Origin: Ylistrum balloti
Lineage: Eukaryota
NCBI RefSeq assembly: GCF_031769215.1
Contig: NW_026782834.1
Coordinates: 248,001 to 312,000 of the forward strand
Direction: 5' to 3'
DNA length: 64,000 nucleotides
In this document: positions 13,865 to 26,771 of the stretch, one piece after another
Layout of the letters: every line of letters starts with the position of its first letter
Numbering within the stretch: position 1 is the first letter of the stretch
The notes under the pieces: generated by a model
Seen by the model: only the letters and a program-made list of their open reading frames with translations
Databases searched by the model: none
Told to the model about the DNA's origin: nothing
Position numbers and translations under genes: made by a program

Positions 13865-14910
13865 TATAGACATTATGGTTGTGTGTATAAACACAATGGG
13901 TCTGACTCCATGGATCTGTATGTAGAAATAATAGGTCTTACTCTATAGCTATGTGTGTAGACATCATGGATCTGTATGTAAATAATAGGTCTTACTCTAT
14001 AGTTATGTGTGTAGACATCATGGATCTGTATGTAATAGGTCTTACTCTATAGTTATGTGTGTAGACATCATGGATCTGTATGTAGAAATAATTGGTCTTA
14101 CTCTATAGTTATGTATGTAGACATCATGGATCTGTATGTAAATAATAGGTCTTACTCTATAGTTATGTGTGTAGACATCATGGATCTGTATGTAGAAATA
14201 ATAGGTCTTACTCTATAGTTATGTGTGTAGACATCATGGATCTGTATGTAGAAATAATAGGTCTTACTCTATAGTTGTGTGTAGACATCATGGATCTGTA
14301 TGTAAATAATAGGTCTTACTCTATAGTTATGTGTGTAGACATCATGGATCTGTATGTAATAGGTCTTACTCTATAGTTATGTGTGCAGACATCATGGATC
14401 TGTATGTAGAAATAATAGGTCTTACTCTATAGTTATGTGTGTAGACATCATGGATATGACTTTATGGGCCTGTGTGTAGACACCATGGGTCTAGGAGTAG
14501 ACACCATGAGTTTGTGTATAGACAGCATGGGTCTGACTCTATAGGTCTGAGTGTAGACATTACAGTTATGATTCTATGGGTCTATATGTAGACACCATGG
14601 GCTTGATTCTACAGGTCTTTGTGGAAACACAATGGATAATGGTGTTGATATATGGGTCTGTGAGAAGACACCCATGGGTCTGACTCTGTTGGTCTTTATA
14701 TAGAGAACATGTGTCTTTGTGTAAACCCCACTGGCCTGACTTAATGGGTCTGTGTGTAAACACCACAGGTCTGACTTTATGGGTCTGTGTGGTCACACCA
14801 TCGGTATAATTCTATGAATCAATCTGTAGACACAATGGGTCTGTGTGAAGCCATCATGGGCCTGGGTATGATTCTATGGGTCTTGGTGTTAAGACAATAT
14901 GGGTCTGTAT
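13865..14910. repeat. 50-56-bp minisatellite (CATGGATCTGTATGTAGAAATAATAGGTCTTACTCTATAGTTATGTGTGTAGACAT), 10 core copies with degenerate flanks of about 25-bp units
   Basis: The core runs 13908-14455. Related GTAGACACCATGGGTCTGACTCTAT-like half-units continue to about 14910. Confidence 0.92.
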
Positions 14911-16967
14911 ATAGGAAACCCAGGCGATGACAAATCAAGGTTATCAAATTTGCTCAACCTCCATGTTTGAAAACTTGGTATACGAGAAGAGTAAACTATT
15001 ATTGTAATGAGCTCATGATAAGCCAGGATAATGTTTCATATAAGAAAATCCTCAAATAAGAAAGGAACTAGTCTTTAACTTAATTGACAACAGAAGAAAA
15101 TGGTGTTAGATTTCTGTTGTATGACTAATCCAGACTTCTGTTGTACTAAGATATCATTGGATATATTACTTTAACCTAAGACAAACAGTTACAGAACACA
15201 ACACTACTGACTGTGACATCTACAAGCTTATATTATTTCAAAACTACTCTAGTGTACAATACTGACAGTTTGTCACATATAGCTATCCGATGTTCTATGT
15301 CTGCCTTACAGTCATACATCTCCAATTGAATCATCATTTTGTTATCACTTATCTCCTCTTCAATCATTCTTTTTCATGTTTGAGACAAAGCAAACAGACT
15401 CAGAAAACAAAATTCTTCTTGAAGCACAAACCACTAAGGGTCCTAAATGAGTTTCCACCTTACACATTCATTAATTATAAATTGCTACAAATAACAATAC
15501 GGTTACAAGTTTTTATTACTTTCAAATGAGCTAGACAAATTGAATTCCAGAAACATAACATGAAAGTCATGCTGATTCATATCAGCAATCAAACATCACA
15601 TGATTAAAAGTAGATACTCTTCAAATAAAATCTTTCATATTTTTTTAAACTAATTATAATCACTGTATATTAATTCAAAATCCTGCAGTATTGAGAACTT
15701 TAGCTACTACTTGGTCAGCACAGCAAACTCTTTCAATTTTAATAAGCTGGTAATCTAAATTGATAAAATCTCTTTGATGAAACTCTGAAATAGTGAATCA
15801 CTCCGACCATTCACTATTACAACTGGAGCTGATTATCTTCTGGTGATAAGACAACTCTACAAGACTCTAAGTACACAGCTTTAAAGAACCAAAGTCCTAT
15901 GACACGGTTCAAGGGAATATTTTCATTATTGATAAGTTGTTGCCTCCCATGTGTTCTAAAATTGATTCAAACCTAAGACCTACCCCAGTACTATTTTACA
16001 GCCCCACCCAAGTGTGTCAGTCTACAAACCATGTGTAAAGTTACCATGACAAATACATCTGATAATCTCATATTGATAAATGAAATATGACTCTAGATAC
16101 ACTGATAGGACAGGCATATGCATGTCTCTATCTGTCATGGGGAGACAAGATGGACCATACTGATTGGCTACCAAGGCAATTATTGGTAACCATGGTGATT
16201 GGTTCTGCTATGCTCTGACAAATTTTATGGTGACTAATTTCATCATTCAAAAGTCTCTAAACCTTGTTTTGGATTGTTAAATTTTTAGATATAGCAGTGA
16301 TAGTTAAGTTTAATCTGCATTCTTCTGCCATTACAGACTTACAATTTACTAAGATTAGGACTGTCAAATATTTGAATAGCTGTTTCAATTGAAATGACAT
16401 CCTTACTACAAATGCCATACAAAAAAGGGTAAAACTTGGATATCAGTTAAAGTACAGTATTTTCATCTCATAGAAGTTTTTTTCTTTAACACAATCTGTG
16501 TAAGAATAGGCCTTGTATATCAAAGTATAAATATTAGGACAGTGATCAAAAGCAATCAATTCACACCTCCAAGGTCTCCAATCAATACAACCAGTAGGAA
16601 TTCAATATAAACGACAGAGAATACCATAATACACACATGATATAAGGATCTGGTGATTGGCTGTTGTGGAAAACACAAAGGAGCAGAATATCAAACTAAA
16701 TGCTGTTCAGGACATATCAACATGTGATACTTATAAATATGTATGAGTATATACACTGACCATTAACACTTCCAAAACATTAAGGAAACTTCTACCACCA
16801 TTTATCTTCAGGCCATTCCAAAAAACACTAAAATGTCCAGTATACAAAATAAAACAATTGAAGATTTGAGAAAATTATGTCTACAGCAGAAACATTCTGA
16901 ATTGCTGTTCCAAAGATAAGATGTGGGTGTAAACTCACTTCTAACTTCTGTGAAAAAAGGCACCTAC

Positions 16968-17148
16968 CTTTTAACAAAGCCACACTTTTAAATAAAGAAC
17001 ATGTCATGAGCTTTCGGAGAAGGACGATGAGAAAGTTGTCACTGGTGAGAAGGGCAGGTAACTCCGTACACTGATCATACACAATAACATCACTGTACTC
17101 TTCTATGTCTATGTGGCATGTTTGAGTCAGGAACTCTTTTATGTGGAC
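16968..17148 (-). CDS. DUSP8/DUSP16: DUSP8/16-like coding exon 3 (60 aa + 1 nt: VHIKEFLTQTCHIDIEEYSDVIVYDQCTELPALLTSDNFLIVLLRKLMTCSLFKSVALLK-G); second half of rhodanese domain
   Basis: It has a tttatttacag| acceptor and AAG|gtaggt donor, and is 181 nt, phase 0-1. It matches DUSP16 VVVYDQSS...LSSDCFLTVLLGKLEKSFNSVHLLAG. The phase-1 junction falls at the start of the conserved GGF motif. Confidence 0.93.
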
Positions 17149-17483
17149 CTGTAAATAAACAACATAGATAAATAGCAAAGTAATAAACAGCACACCAGGT
17201 TAATATACAACACACCATGTAAATTAGCAATGCAGATAATATATAATGCATTTTGGCATCAAACATCACCATTTAAACAGCACATAAATGATTTCATTGT
17301 TCACTTTATTGCCCTATCAGAGTCTCATGGGAAAGCTGATGGCCACCTCACAGAGCACCATGCTGGAGGCCTGTGGCATGCCATGCAGAAGAAATGGGAT
17401 AAAGTGTCTTGTCAAAGGACAAAACTAAAGACAAAAGGGAAGTCTGTGATAAAAGCTTCCAGGAAACATAAACTGACCCTAAT

Positions 17484-17570
17484 AGGGGTTAACGAGGGAT
17501 TGAACCACACACCTTGGAGCTTCACCTAATATTGAAATGTCTGTTGCTCTAACGAGCTATCATAGTCCCC
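17484..17570 (-). mobile_element. Decayed tRNA-derived SINE head
   Basis: The minus strand reads GGGGACTATGATAGCTCGTTAGAGC (A-box-like), then GTGTGGTTCAATCCCTC (B-box-like). The spacer is too long and unstructured for a tRNA. Confidence 0.55.
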
Positions 17571-20303
17571 ACTAAACAAGTGACCTATGCCGACATATCA
17601 TGTAAATAAGCATACACAGCACGTTATTGAAATAACACACATATTTAAACATATAACAATACACTAATTATTGCTAGAATTTTGTTTACAGGAAATACAG
17701 TTTTCTTTGAGTAGCTCAACTAAGATGCTAAACAGACTCAATAATGGTACTGTTTGTGTTTCACTATAATTAGAATTGTCAAAAGGATGCTAACTGCTGT
17801 TTTAAGATTTTATCAAAAACAACCATTAAATTGCAATTCTGAAAGCTTTAAAGCAGACAATAATATTATGTAAATGAGTTCTTTATCACTTCAATTTAAA
17901 TAGAGCTGTGCATGGCTCGAGTTTCAGGAGGACGCAGTACAAACTAAGTTTCGTGTCAAATTAAAGTAATTTCTGTTCCAACGGATATGAACATTGTCAC
18001 CAAATATCAATGGGAATGAGACATCTAGGTCACAAATAGAATTCCATCACATAGTAAGCCAGTATTTTATCTTCTAGATCACCACTTACCCTTACTACTT
18101 ACACTACAAGTACAATTTTCCTGTGTTAAGTACCAGTCACAACTTTCCATTCATAAAATGTTTACAACTAGTCATCATGATGCCTTTAGGTGACCATTAA
18201 TGGAAATTTTGTAATATGCCTTTTTTTAACAAATCTACATTAATAAATAGTACTTGATACAATGTAAATAGTGCTTCAAAATTCCTACAATGATTTATCA
18301 GCAAAGCAAATGTTGCGTTTCCCTATGAGTTATCTTTTAAAGCATTCCTTTGCATACTAAATCACTTTGAACTTTTAAAGGAATATGTTCTTTTAATACC
18401 TATATATGACTCATTTGATATACTTAACATTATAAATCTAAGGTTTGAAGTAAAGTGATATGACACAACACATTTGATTCATTTGGGATAGCATTAAAAG
18501 AAAAAAGGGACAGAAAACAGTTCTATTCCATTTAACATACTAGATGGTTTGTCCCTAGTCTCTAGAATATTTGAAGCATAAATAATAAGTGATTCCTAAG
18601 CTCCACAGGAATGGGGAAATAAGCTGGTAGAAGATGTAGAGTAATAAGGCCTGGTAGAAAGTCTATATATTATATGAAGCTTTAATAATCATCCTATGAC
18701 CAGGTCAAAATTGAGGCCCAAAGTGTGACTTGTGGATTTTGATCTGTGGGTCATTGGACTTTGGACCCTGTGTATGATTTGATACTAAAATCCTTGTTCA
18801 AAGAGTGCACCTCACCCAGCCATTTCAGTCTGCCCACTTACTGTGGAGATGTTAATTGGACTCTGTATATACAGTACAGATGCATTCTTGTTGCACATTC
18901 ATCAGAATTTTATTCTAATATATGTAGCGATATTCCTATGATAAAAATGACCTTATCATAGTATCTCATTCGGGTGCCCTTCCTCTAGAAGATCTCAAAC
19001 TCCTCTTTAGCAGGTTTATGTATGACGAAGCACACCTGTTACAAGTCGTGTGTCATGCTTCGACCTTGTTAAACACAATGACCTTGTTACAGTACAGTAA
19101 GGATGCCATGCTGTGTGATCTACATAGAGGATGTTCTGCACTGTAGTGATGTCACTGTCAGCCAAGTGCATTTACCTGTGTGGTTTTTACCTGTGTGAAG
19201 TCTAGTAAGGCACACGCCCTTGTTAAGTTGATGTTACAGCTGACAGGTTGATATATCACTTCTATAAATTTCACGATTCTCTAATTGACAGAATTTTGTT
19301 ATTGTTTTTGGCAATTTGCAGTTATTTTTTCAAGTCATATTTAAATTCCTGATGTCACGAAAACAATGGATCCAGACCCTGACTGTGTATTCCTACAGAT
19401 GTCGTGAGAGTGACTTGTTTTCTTCGAACATGCATTTTTAAGGCTGTTGCGGGATTTGATGCCTTTTACAAAAACATAAATCAATAATTTGAATCTAGGT
19501 CACATTACATAATACACTAGCAGATATTCGAGAAGAACAGTCTTCATATAACATGTTTTCTTCAAAGACTTATGTCCAGTAACATAGAGTTGTAACTTAA
19601 CATGACCCATCTGACATAATGTGAACTCCACAGGAAACCCTTCACAAAGGTGAACTTAAATTGACCTATCTAAAATAAATGGGAACTTCACAAGAAAAAC
19701 CTAACATGAAAGAGAATTTCACATTACCCACCTAGCATAAATATGAAAAACAACATATCTGAGAAATACTCAAGACAATATTGTGCATTGGTATCAATAT
19801 AAAAGCCATCGAAATTCTTTGTAGACATGCCTCAATTTACAATCATTGCCAGACCAAAGTCAGAAAATTCTTTCAACATTTCTGTGAGAGGCCAATATTT
19901 AATTTAAACATGTATATGTTCTATTCAGACTACACAGCAAAGGCTTCAAATGACTATCCACCCACATTCTATCCGTAATATGACATCATGAAAAGCGTGG
20001 AACATGTGTGACATAGCAATTTACCTGTACTACTACACCTGTACATCTGTTTATTCCATGTATGCCTATTGGTTACAATTTTTTTTATTCATTGCGGCCT
20101 TCAGAACTTCATACAATATTGAGTTGTATTTTCAGTGTGATCCATTTTTTGTTTTTGGTGTCCAAATCAAGTGTTTCTTAATAGATATCAATCAGCTTAA
20201 GAATGTTTTAATCATATTTTTGCATAATTACCGAGTGGAAGTTTTTACAGAGCCATTCTGAATCATGTTACTTGCCAAATGATGTGTCTACTGGGGCTTT
20301 AAT

Positions 20304-21198
20304 ATGAACTCCACATAAACAGACTAGCATCAATGTGAACTTAACGTATACTTTACATCCACTCTGAACCACCCATCGTGAACTCCACATAAACAGACTA
20401 GCATCAATGTGAACTTAACATATACTTTACATTCACTCTGAACCACCCATCGTGAACTCTACATAAACAGACTAGCATCAATGTGAACTTAACATATACT
20501 TTACATTCACTCTGAACCACCCATCGTGAACTCCACATAAACAGACTAGCATCAATGTGAACTTAACGTTTAGTTTACATCTACTCTGAACCACCTATCA
20601 TGAACTCCACATAAACAGACTAGCATCAATGTGAACTTAACGTTTAGTTTACATCTACTCTGAACCACCCATCATGAACTCAACATAAACAAACTAGCAT
20701 CAATGTGAACTTAACGTCGTATACTTTACATCTACTCTGAACCACCCATCGTAAACTCCACATAAACAAACTAGCATCAATGTGAACTTAACATATACTT
20801 TACATTCACTCTGAACCACCCATCGTGAACTCCACATAAACAGACTAGCATCAATGTGAACTTAACATATACTTTACATCTACTCTGAACCACCCATCGT
20901 GAACTCCACATAAACAGACTAGCATCAATGTGAACTTAACATATACTTTACATCCACTCTGAACCACCCATCGTGAACTCCACATAAACAGACTAGCATC
21001 ATTGTTAACTTAACATATACTTTACATCTACTCTGAACCACCTATCATGAACTCCACATAAACAGACTAGCATCAATGTGAATTTAACATATACTTTACA
21101 TCTACTCTGAACCACCTATCATGAACTCCACATAAACAAACTAGCATTAATGTGAACTTAACATATAATGTACATCCACTCTGAACCACCCATCGTGA
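20304..21198. repeat. 74-bp minisatellite (TGAACTCCACATAAACAGACTAGCATCAATGTGAACTTAACATATACTTTACATCCACTCTGAACCACCCATCG), about 12 copies
   Basis: TGAACTCC recurs at 20305, 20379 and onward. Each unit has three TGAAC-initiated subrepeats. Confidence 0.95.
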
Positions 21199-21989
21199 CA
21201 TCCTTCATGTGTGGCTTTCCTACCTCGCCCTACTTTGTACTCGACATTGAAAATGACACCTTTTATTATTTAGACATCAATGATTAACAGAAAAGTTTCC
21301 CTATGGAATAGCAGGATGAAATATTGAGAGTGTTTGGTAGCATTCAACTTACATAAGAGTATAGGTTAATTTACCAGGTATCACATAAAACCTTCCAATT
21401 CTATTGAAAGTCAAAATCAATAAAGTCAAACAATAATCAACCGTTTCTAACAAAAATGTAAGTACATGAAAAACACAGGTGTGTCATGTACCTGGATGTA
21501 AAGGTATTCATGTATTTCTAATGCTGCTGATATTGGTATCCATGCTTTTTAAGAGTATTCTAATTTTCAAAATGATGAATGGCCTTTCAAATTAATGTCA
21601 TCTACTTTTTTCAACAGGAAGTTTAATCATGAAAACTTGTGTAACATTTACATCAGATCTCTGGAGTTAAATAGGGAATAAAAAAAATTTTGGCAAAGGA
21701 AGCGGAGGTGACTAAAATAGAACAGACAGCAGAAGGCTGCAGTGTGCTACACTGTGAATACACAGTCTAAATCTCTGGCTCCAAGCTCCGCGGCTAAAGC
21801 AGGCAAAGCCATCACAATACACCATCATGGAAATTAAATTGGTTCCACAGAAAAGCATAATGGTAAATTGTTCAACATTTGTTTATTTATTCAATTAAAT
21901 TAGATCAACTGGTGCTGTTCCAAAATTAATAACAATGTCACATTGAAACTGTGTCAAGGAAAGTATGCTGGTGATAAAAATAGTAACAC

Positions 21990-22480
21990 TGCACTGATGA
22001 TGTTTCAAACCTACATTTTATATCTACATAATTCTTCTGTAATACACACTGATGATGTCTCCAATCCACAGTCATTTTATATCAACGTAATTCTTCTGTA
22101 ATACACACTGATGATGTCACAAATCCACAGTCATTTTATATCAACATAATTCTTCTGTAATACACACTGATGATGTCACAAATCACAGTCATTTTATATC
22201 ATTTTATATCAACATCATTTTATATCAACATAATTCTTCTGTAATACACACTGATGATGTCTCCAATCCACAGTCATTTTATATCAACATAATTCTTCTG
22301 TAATACACACTGATGATGTCACAAATCCACAGTCATTTTATATCAACATAATTCTTCTGTAATACACACTGATGATGTCTCCAATCCACAGTCATTTTAT
22401 ATCAACATAATTCTTCTGTAATACACACTGATGATGTCACAAATCCACAGTCATTTTATATCAACATAAACCTTCTCTAA
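21990..22480. repeat. 59-bp minisatellite (ACTGATGATGTCACAAATCCACAGTCATTTTATATCAACATAATTCTTCTGTAATACAC), about 8 copies
   Basis: Tandem copies with GTCTCCAATCC and GTCACAAATCC variants, plus one internal slippage near 22190-22230. Confidence 0.93.
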
Positions 22481-22499
22481 TACATGCTTGTGGTGATGG

Positions 22500-22800
22500 T
22501 CATAACTAACAGGATATTACATTCATCATCATTATAATGAAAGGATATTACATTGTATGATCACAACTCATAGGATTTCACACGAGTCTTTATCATACTG
22601 ACAGGATATCACATTGTATGGTCACAACTCACAGGCGACCATATGGGTCTTTATTATACTGACAGGATATCACATTGTATGGTCACAACTCACAGGATAT
22701 CATATGGGTCTTTATACTGACAGGATATCACATTGTAAGGTCACAACTCACAGGCCTGCATATGGGTCTTCATTGTACTGACAGGATATCACAATGTAGG
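22500..22800. repeat. Degenerate tandem repeat, about 60-bp unit (TACTGACAGGATATCACATTGTATGGTCACAACTCACAGG...), about 5 copies
   Basis: ACTGACAGGATATCACA(T/A)TGTA recurs. The array directly abuts the 59-bp array. Confidence 0.85.
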
Positions 22801-23176
22801 TTTCTCTGTTTCGGTTGCTAGGTATCTTTAACAAAATCCAATACTCTACATAATATTGCATGAGACTACATACAGATCCTGTTTACACAAGTTTTATTAT
22901 ACAATAGACAGAAAACCTTGTACTAACAGAGATGTACACTAGATACAAGTGTATTGATTCATGATAGGCATTCATGACTGTATGGTACATAAACTCATTA
23001 TTTTAATAACCAACATGGGGATTTTTTAGCAGCAATATAACATGCGGTGTAGGTGTGAAGAATATCTGAAACTGGTAACTTATGTCATCGTGACTTGAAT
23101 GTTTACATAGTCTCTCTACACTTATATTCAGATCTCACTACAGGACTTAAAAGCCCTATCTACCTTCACTGTGCGA

Positions 23177-23255
23177 GGGGCCACAACAGCTCAGCTAGTT
23201 TGAGTGCTGGCTCATGTAACCTCAGGTGAATATCCGAGGTGCGTAGTTCAACACT
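23177..23255 (+). mobile_element. Decayed tRNA-derived SINE head
   Basis: GGGGCCACAACAGCTCAGCTAGTTTGAGTG (A-box-like) is followed by GTGCGTAGTTCAACAC (B-box-like). Confidence 0.45.
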
Positions 23256-25083
23256 TACTACTTGTTTACTACCTGTTTGTGTTTCTCAAGAAGCTGAAAA
23301 ACATCAGTCTCTGCTGTGGAAATTATGTGATGGGCCTCCCCCATGTCATTCATTGAGGAAGACACCAGTTATGACCAGTTTAAGCAGCTGATAGAACCAC
23401 TGACATCATAATTACAGGAAATCTTGTATACACCCTGTGGAACTAGTTACAAGGATATATGCTGCCTTACGATTGTTTACTCTCTTGACTTTCAACAGTC
23501 ACATATATGATAAATTATCATTACCACATCATATAAATCTATCCTTTCTTTCAAGATCCTATCTGTTTAACTTTTTTTTTTTTTTGATCTGAAGTTTTAA
23601 GTTTGTTTTTGTTGCCCTATTTTGATTGGATCATTAAGGATCTCACCCACAGTACATACCATGTCTAGGGATACTTGTTATAGCATGCTACAGCTTATAA
23701 AACACAGGAATCAGAAATATGATCTCAGCTTATACATTATCTGAACAATAGGATGATTTAAATATTTAACAAGCTCTCTCACCTTTCACAAAAAAATGCT
23801 TAATCTATTTTTTCAGCATCACTGACTGAATAGCCTTGTACTAAATCATTTTACTTCAAATGAATGGACAGTCAGCATGTGTGTACAGATGGGTAAAACA
23901 AACCGTTTACATAGTTAATGTATACAAAACATTCTGGACCAATAGTTCAAATAAACTATTCAAACTGGCAAATTTCCAGCAAATAATTTGCTGATTAATA
24001 ATCAATTTCAAGTATTTTATGAAACATTGGAAGCATCAATAATTCCTCTAGTATTGATTTACCCTGTGATAATCTCAGGTAAAAACTTAACACACTCCAT
24101 CATCTCAGCATGCTGATTCTGGCATGAAATTGGGTATTGTTGTCACTGCCCCGATTCTTAATGAATATTCATAAACTAACAGTTATGTCCCTTCTACAGC
24201 GCAAATCGCCTGTAGACATTGGTCAGCTTATCTCCTGCCATTTTCTACACATGCAATCGTGATGGCATATTTAATATGTATCGATAAATCCTAGGCAAAT
24301 TCTACTACCTCTGGGCAAACACCCATCCTCCAAGGCCCGAACCACTGTTTTACATGCAACTCATGAGAAAAGCGATTCAAAACACTATTGGTAATCCATT
24401 CTGCTTCCAGCTCTAGATATCACTCATAACAATTGGCAGCATGCTATTGTTGTGATGATATGAGGTAAAAAGATTTGCTTTTTTTCAATGCCCCTTATCT
24501 TATACAGCTGTATACAAACAAAATTTGTAATGCAGTTTTACCATTTTGGCCTTTTGGTAATAGGGCAAAAATGAAGTATGGGTTGAATTTTAATGTTAAG
24601 ATGATATACAAAATTTTCTGTGTTCTACTGTGAATTTATCAGTGGAGAAAATGAAGATTTTACACAAGGGGAAAAAACCATGGATAAATGTTTCCCTGTA
24701 TACCATATTTAACTACTTTGCATTGCTGGTTATATTGTAGTTGAGGTAAAAGATAGATTTCAACCTACTACTGTCATGTCTTACAAAAGCATTCTTAACA
24801 GATTTTGTAGCTACAAAAACAAACAGAAAAGAAAAAGAAAAAAAAATCTCCAAGAATTCTTTTAAACTTGTTTCATAAATTATTTCAATAAAGTTTCTTA
24901 TAAGATAAAAGATAACTTGTTTTAATGAAGGATATTTTCCTAAATGTTTATCATTGGAGGACCACCATCCTACCACAATTGGGTAATTTCTGTCATTATG
25001 CAAAGCAGATCATAACTGGCATTCAGTACATAGGATAAAGTAGTTGCTATGCCAACATTGGATAAGACAGTTGCCATGCCTAC

Positions 25084-25194
25084 CTTGTTCTGTTGAAGCC
25101 TGCGCTTGACCAATTTGGAACAACAGACATTGACCGACTGTTGGATTCGTGAGGTGTTGTGCTCCAGAAAGGAACGGCTGTCGATGAGGAGGAC
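25084..25194 (-). CDS. DUSP8/DUSP16: DUSP8/16-like coding exon 2 (37 aa: VLLIDSRSFLEHNTSRIQQSVNVCCSKLVKRRLQQNK); rhodanese CH2A region and MAPK docking motif (KIM)
   Basis: It has a long polypyrimidine tract with tacag| acceptor and an AAG|gtaggc donor, and is 111 nt, phase 0-0. It closely matches DUSP8 IDSRSFVEYN...SVNICCSKLVKRRLQQGK and DUSP16 VLLIDSRPFVEYNTSHI...CSKLMKRRLQQDK (recalled). Confidence 0.95.
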
Positions 25195-25873
25195 CTGTAT
25201 AAAGAGGGAAACATACGAAAATTTAAAAAAAAATATTTTAAAAAAATATTTGGAAGACATAAAGCATTCTAACACTTAAATTTCTTTTTTTTCCTTTAGA
25301 TTTAGAAATAATTTTGTATAAATATTTACTCAGTTACTATCATATTGAGTCAAGTTGTCATTGTTTATTAGTTCCCAAATTACTACAATGAATGTTCGAT
25401 GTGGAAATCAATTCGAATCCTACCTTATCTGCTTTAGTTGTTTTAGGTTTCTTGTTGTACAGATGTGAAAGACTGGATATATTACTTACTAACCAGAGTA
25501 TTTATTTTTTGTACATTGGATGGTTTTTATAGGATATGTTTCAGTCTTTAAGACTACTAGCTTACTCTTATTGGAAATAACTGCATCAATAATTTAAACT
25601 GAACTATTTTTATTACTGATTTAACTAGATCCACTATGGAGTCAATTGCCACTTACAGCAACAGTATCAATGCATCAACGCAATGTCATGACACATAGCT
25701 AAGATAAAAACACTAACCCAAAAAGGAGACATCCTAGCTTCGAGTAATGCTCAAAGTGGTCCTAATTTTTCCAATTCTGATACTATCAAACTTATAGCTT
25801 TGGTTTCAAAATATGTTTCTAATGAAAGAATACTGACCTATATAAAGACTTTTTGCAGTTTTTCTTTTTTGGT

Positions 25874-25901
25874 GGGGTTGGGTGGGATTGGGGGAGGGGG
25901 G
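25874..25901 (+). other. G-quadruplex-capable motif GGGGTTGGGTGGGATTGGGGGAGGGGGG
   Basis: Five G-runs of at least 3 nt with loops of 1-3 nt. Confidence 0.6.
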
Positions 25902-26771
25902 TTTGGATTCTGTATTCTTCAACAGGTTAATCTGTAGTTGTGACTATGTGTGAATAATTGCACACCCAACCTAGGGTTTACAAGGAGGGCTCAGAATCCT
26001 GGCGTCTCTTACATCTAGAGCACAGTCAGTAAAGTATATAGGCCTATGATTCACATGATTCACACTCAATCTCTAGGATCCATGTCTGCCCCCAACCAAT
26101 CATGACACACAGCTCTTCTGGACAAGTGACAAAGTCAATGCCCAGTAGAGTGACCAAACTGTGGTCAAGCAATTTCAAAGTCATGTAATCATTGATCAGT
26201 TTCTGACCAGGCATAAACAATAATGACTGGTGATTTTATATTATTAAGTATTATAGGTCTTTCGAATATCCCTTCTCTCGTCTGTAACCATGAATAAGCT
26301 AATCGTTCCGGGACTTACTGATATCGCTGGTACTTTTGAGTCATCCAGAGACATCAGTATGGTCAGCAATGACAGAAGTTTATTTACCCTGGCTAAAATT
26401 ACTGTAGACAGAATTTTTTAACCTAAACATCACATCCATATCATGAATAATTCTACATAATTTAGTTTAGAAAGAAAGATGCTATAGAGTTGTCAAACTA
26501 ATGATAATGAAGGATTTAAGCAACATTCTCGAAGCTCAGAGAAGTAGAAGTGACCCATACGCAATTTAATTATGGCATCAGTGACTAGTAAATTTAGACA
26601 TGAATGCCCACAATCCCTGCAAATAGCCATATTCAGCCAGTCATACTTCTTAACAACAGAGGCAAGAGAATATCTGATGGTTTTGGCCTTTCTAGTTAGT
26701 TCCTAAACTAAGATTTCTTTAATGAAAGCCATGCCAGTCAAATGACTTTTTAGTTTTTTTGGACTTGATAT

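Larger units (their letters stand above)
17149..25083 (-). other. Intron (7,935 bp, GT-AG, phase 0) of the DUSP8/16 gene
   Basis: Bounded by the exon 2 donor and the exon 3 acceptor. The join gives ...RRLQQNK|VHIKEFL... Confidence 0.9.

Noticed and set aside
17484-23255. Two tRNA-like A/B-box segments (17484-17570 and 23177-23255) as tRNA genes
   Set aside because: They have no cloverleaf and the boxes are degenerate. They are better explained as SINE remnants.
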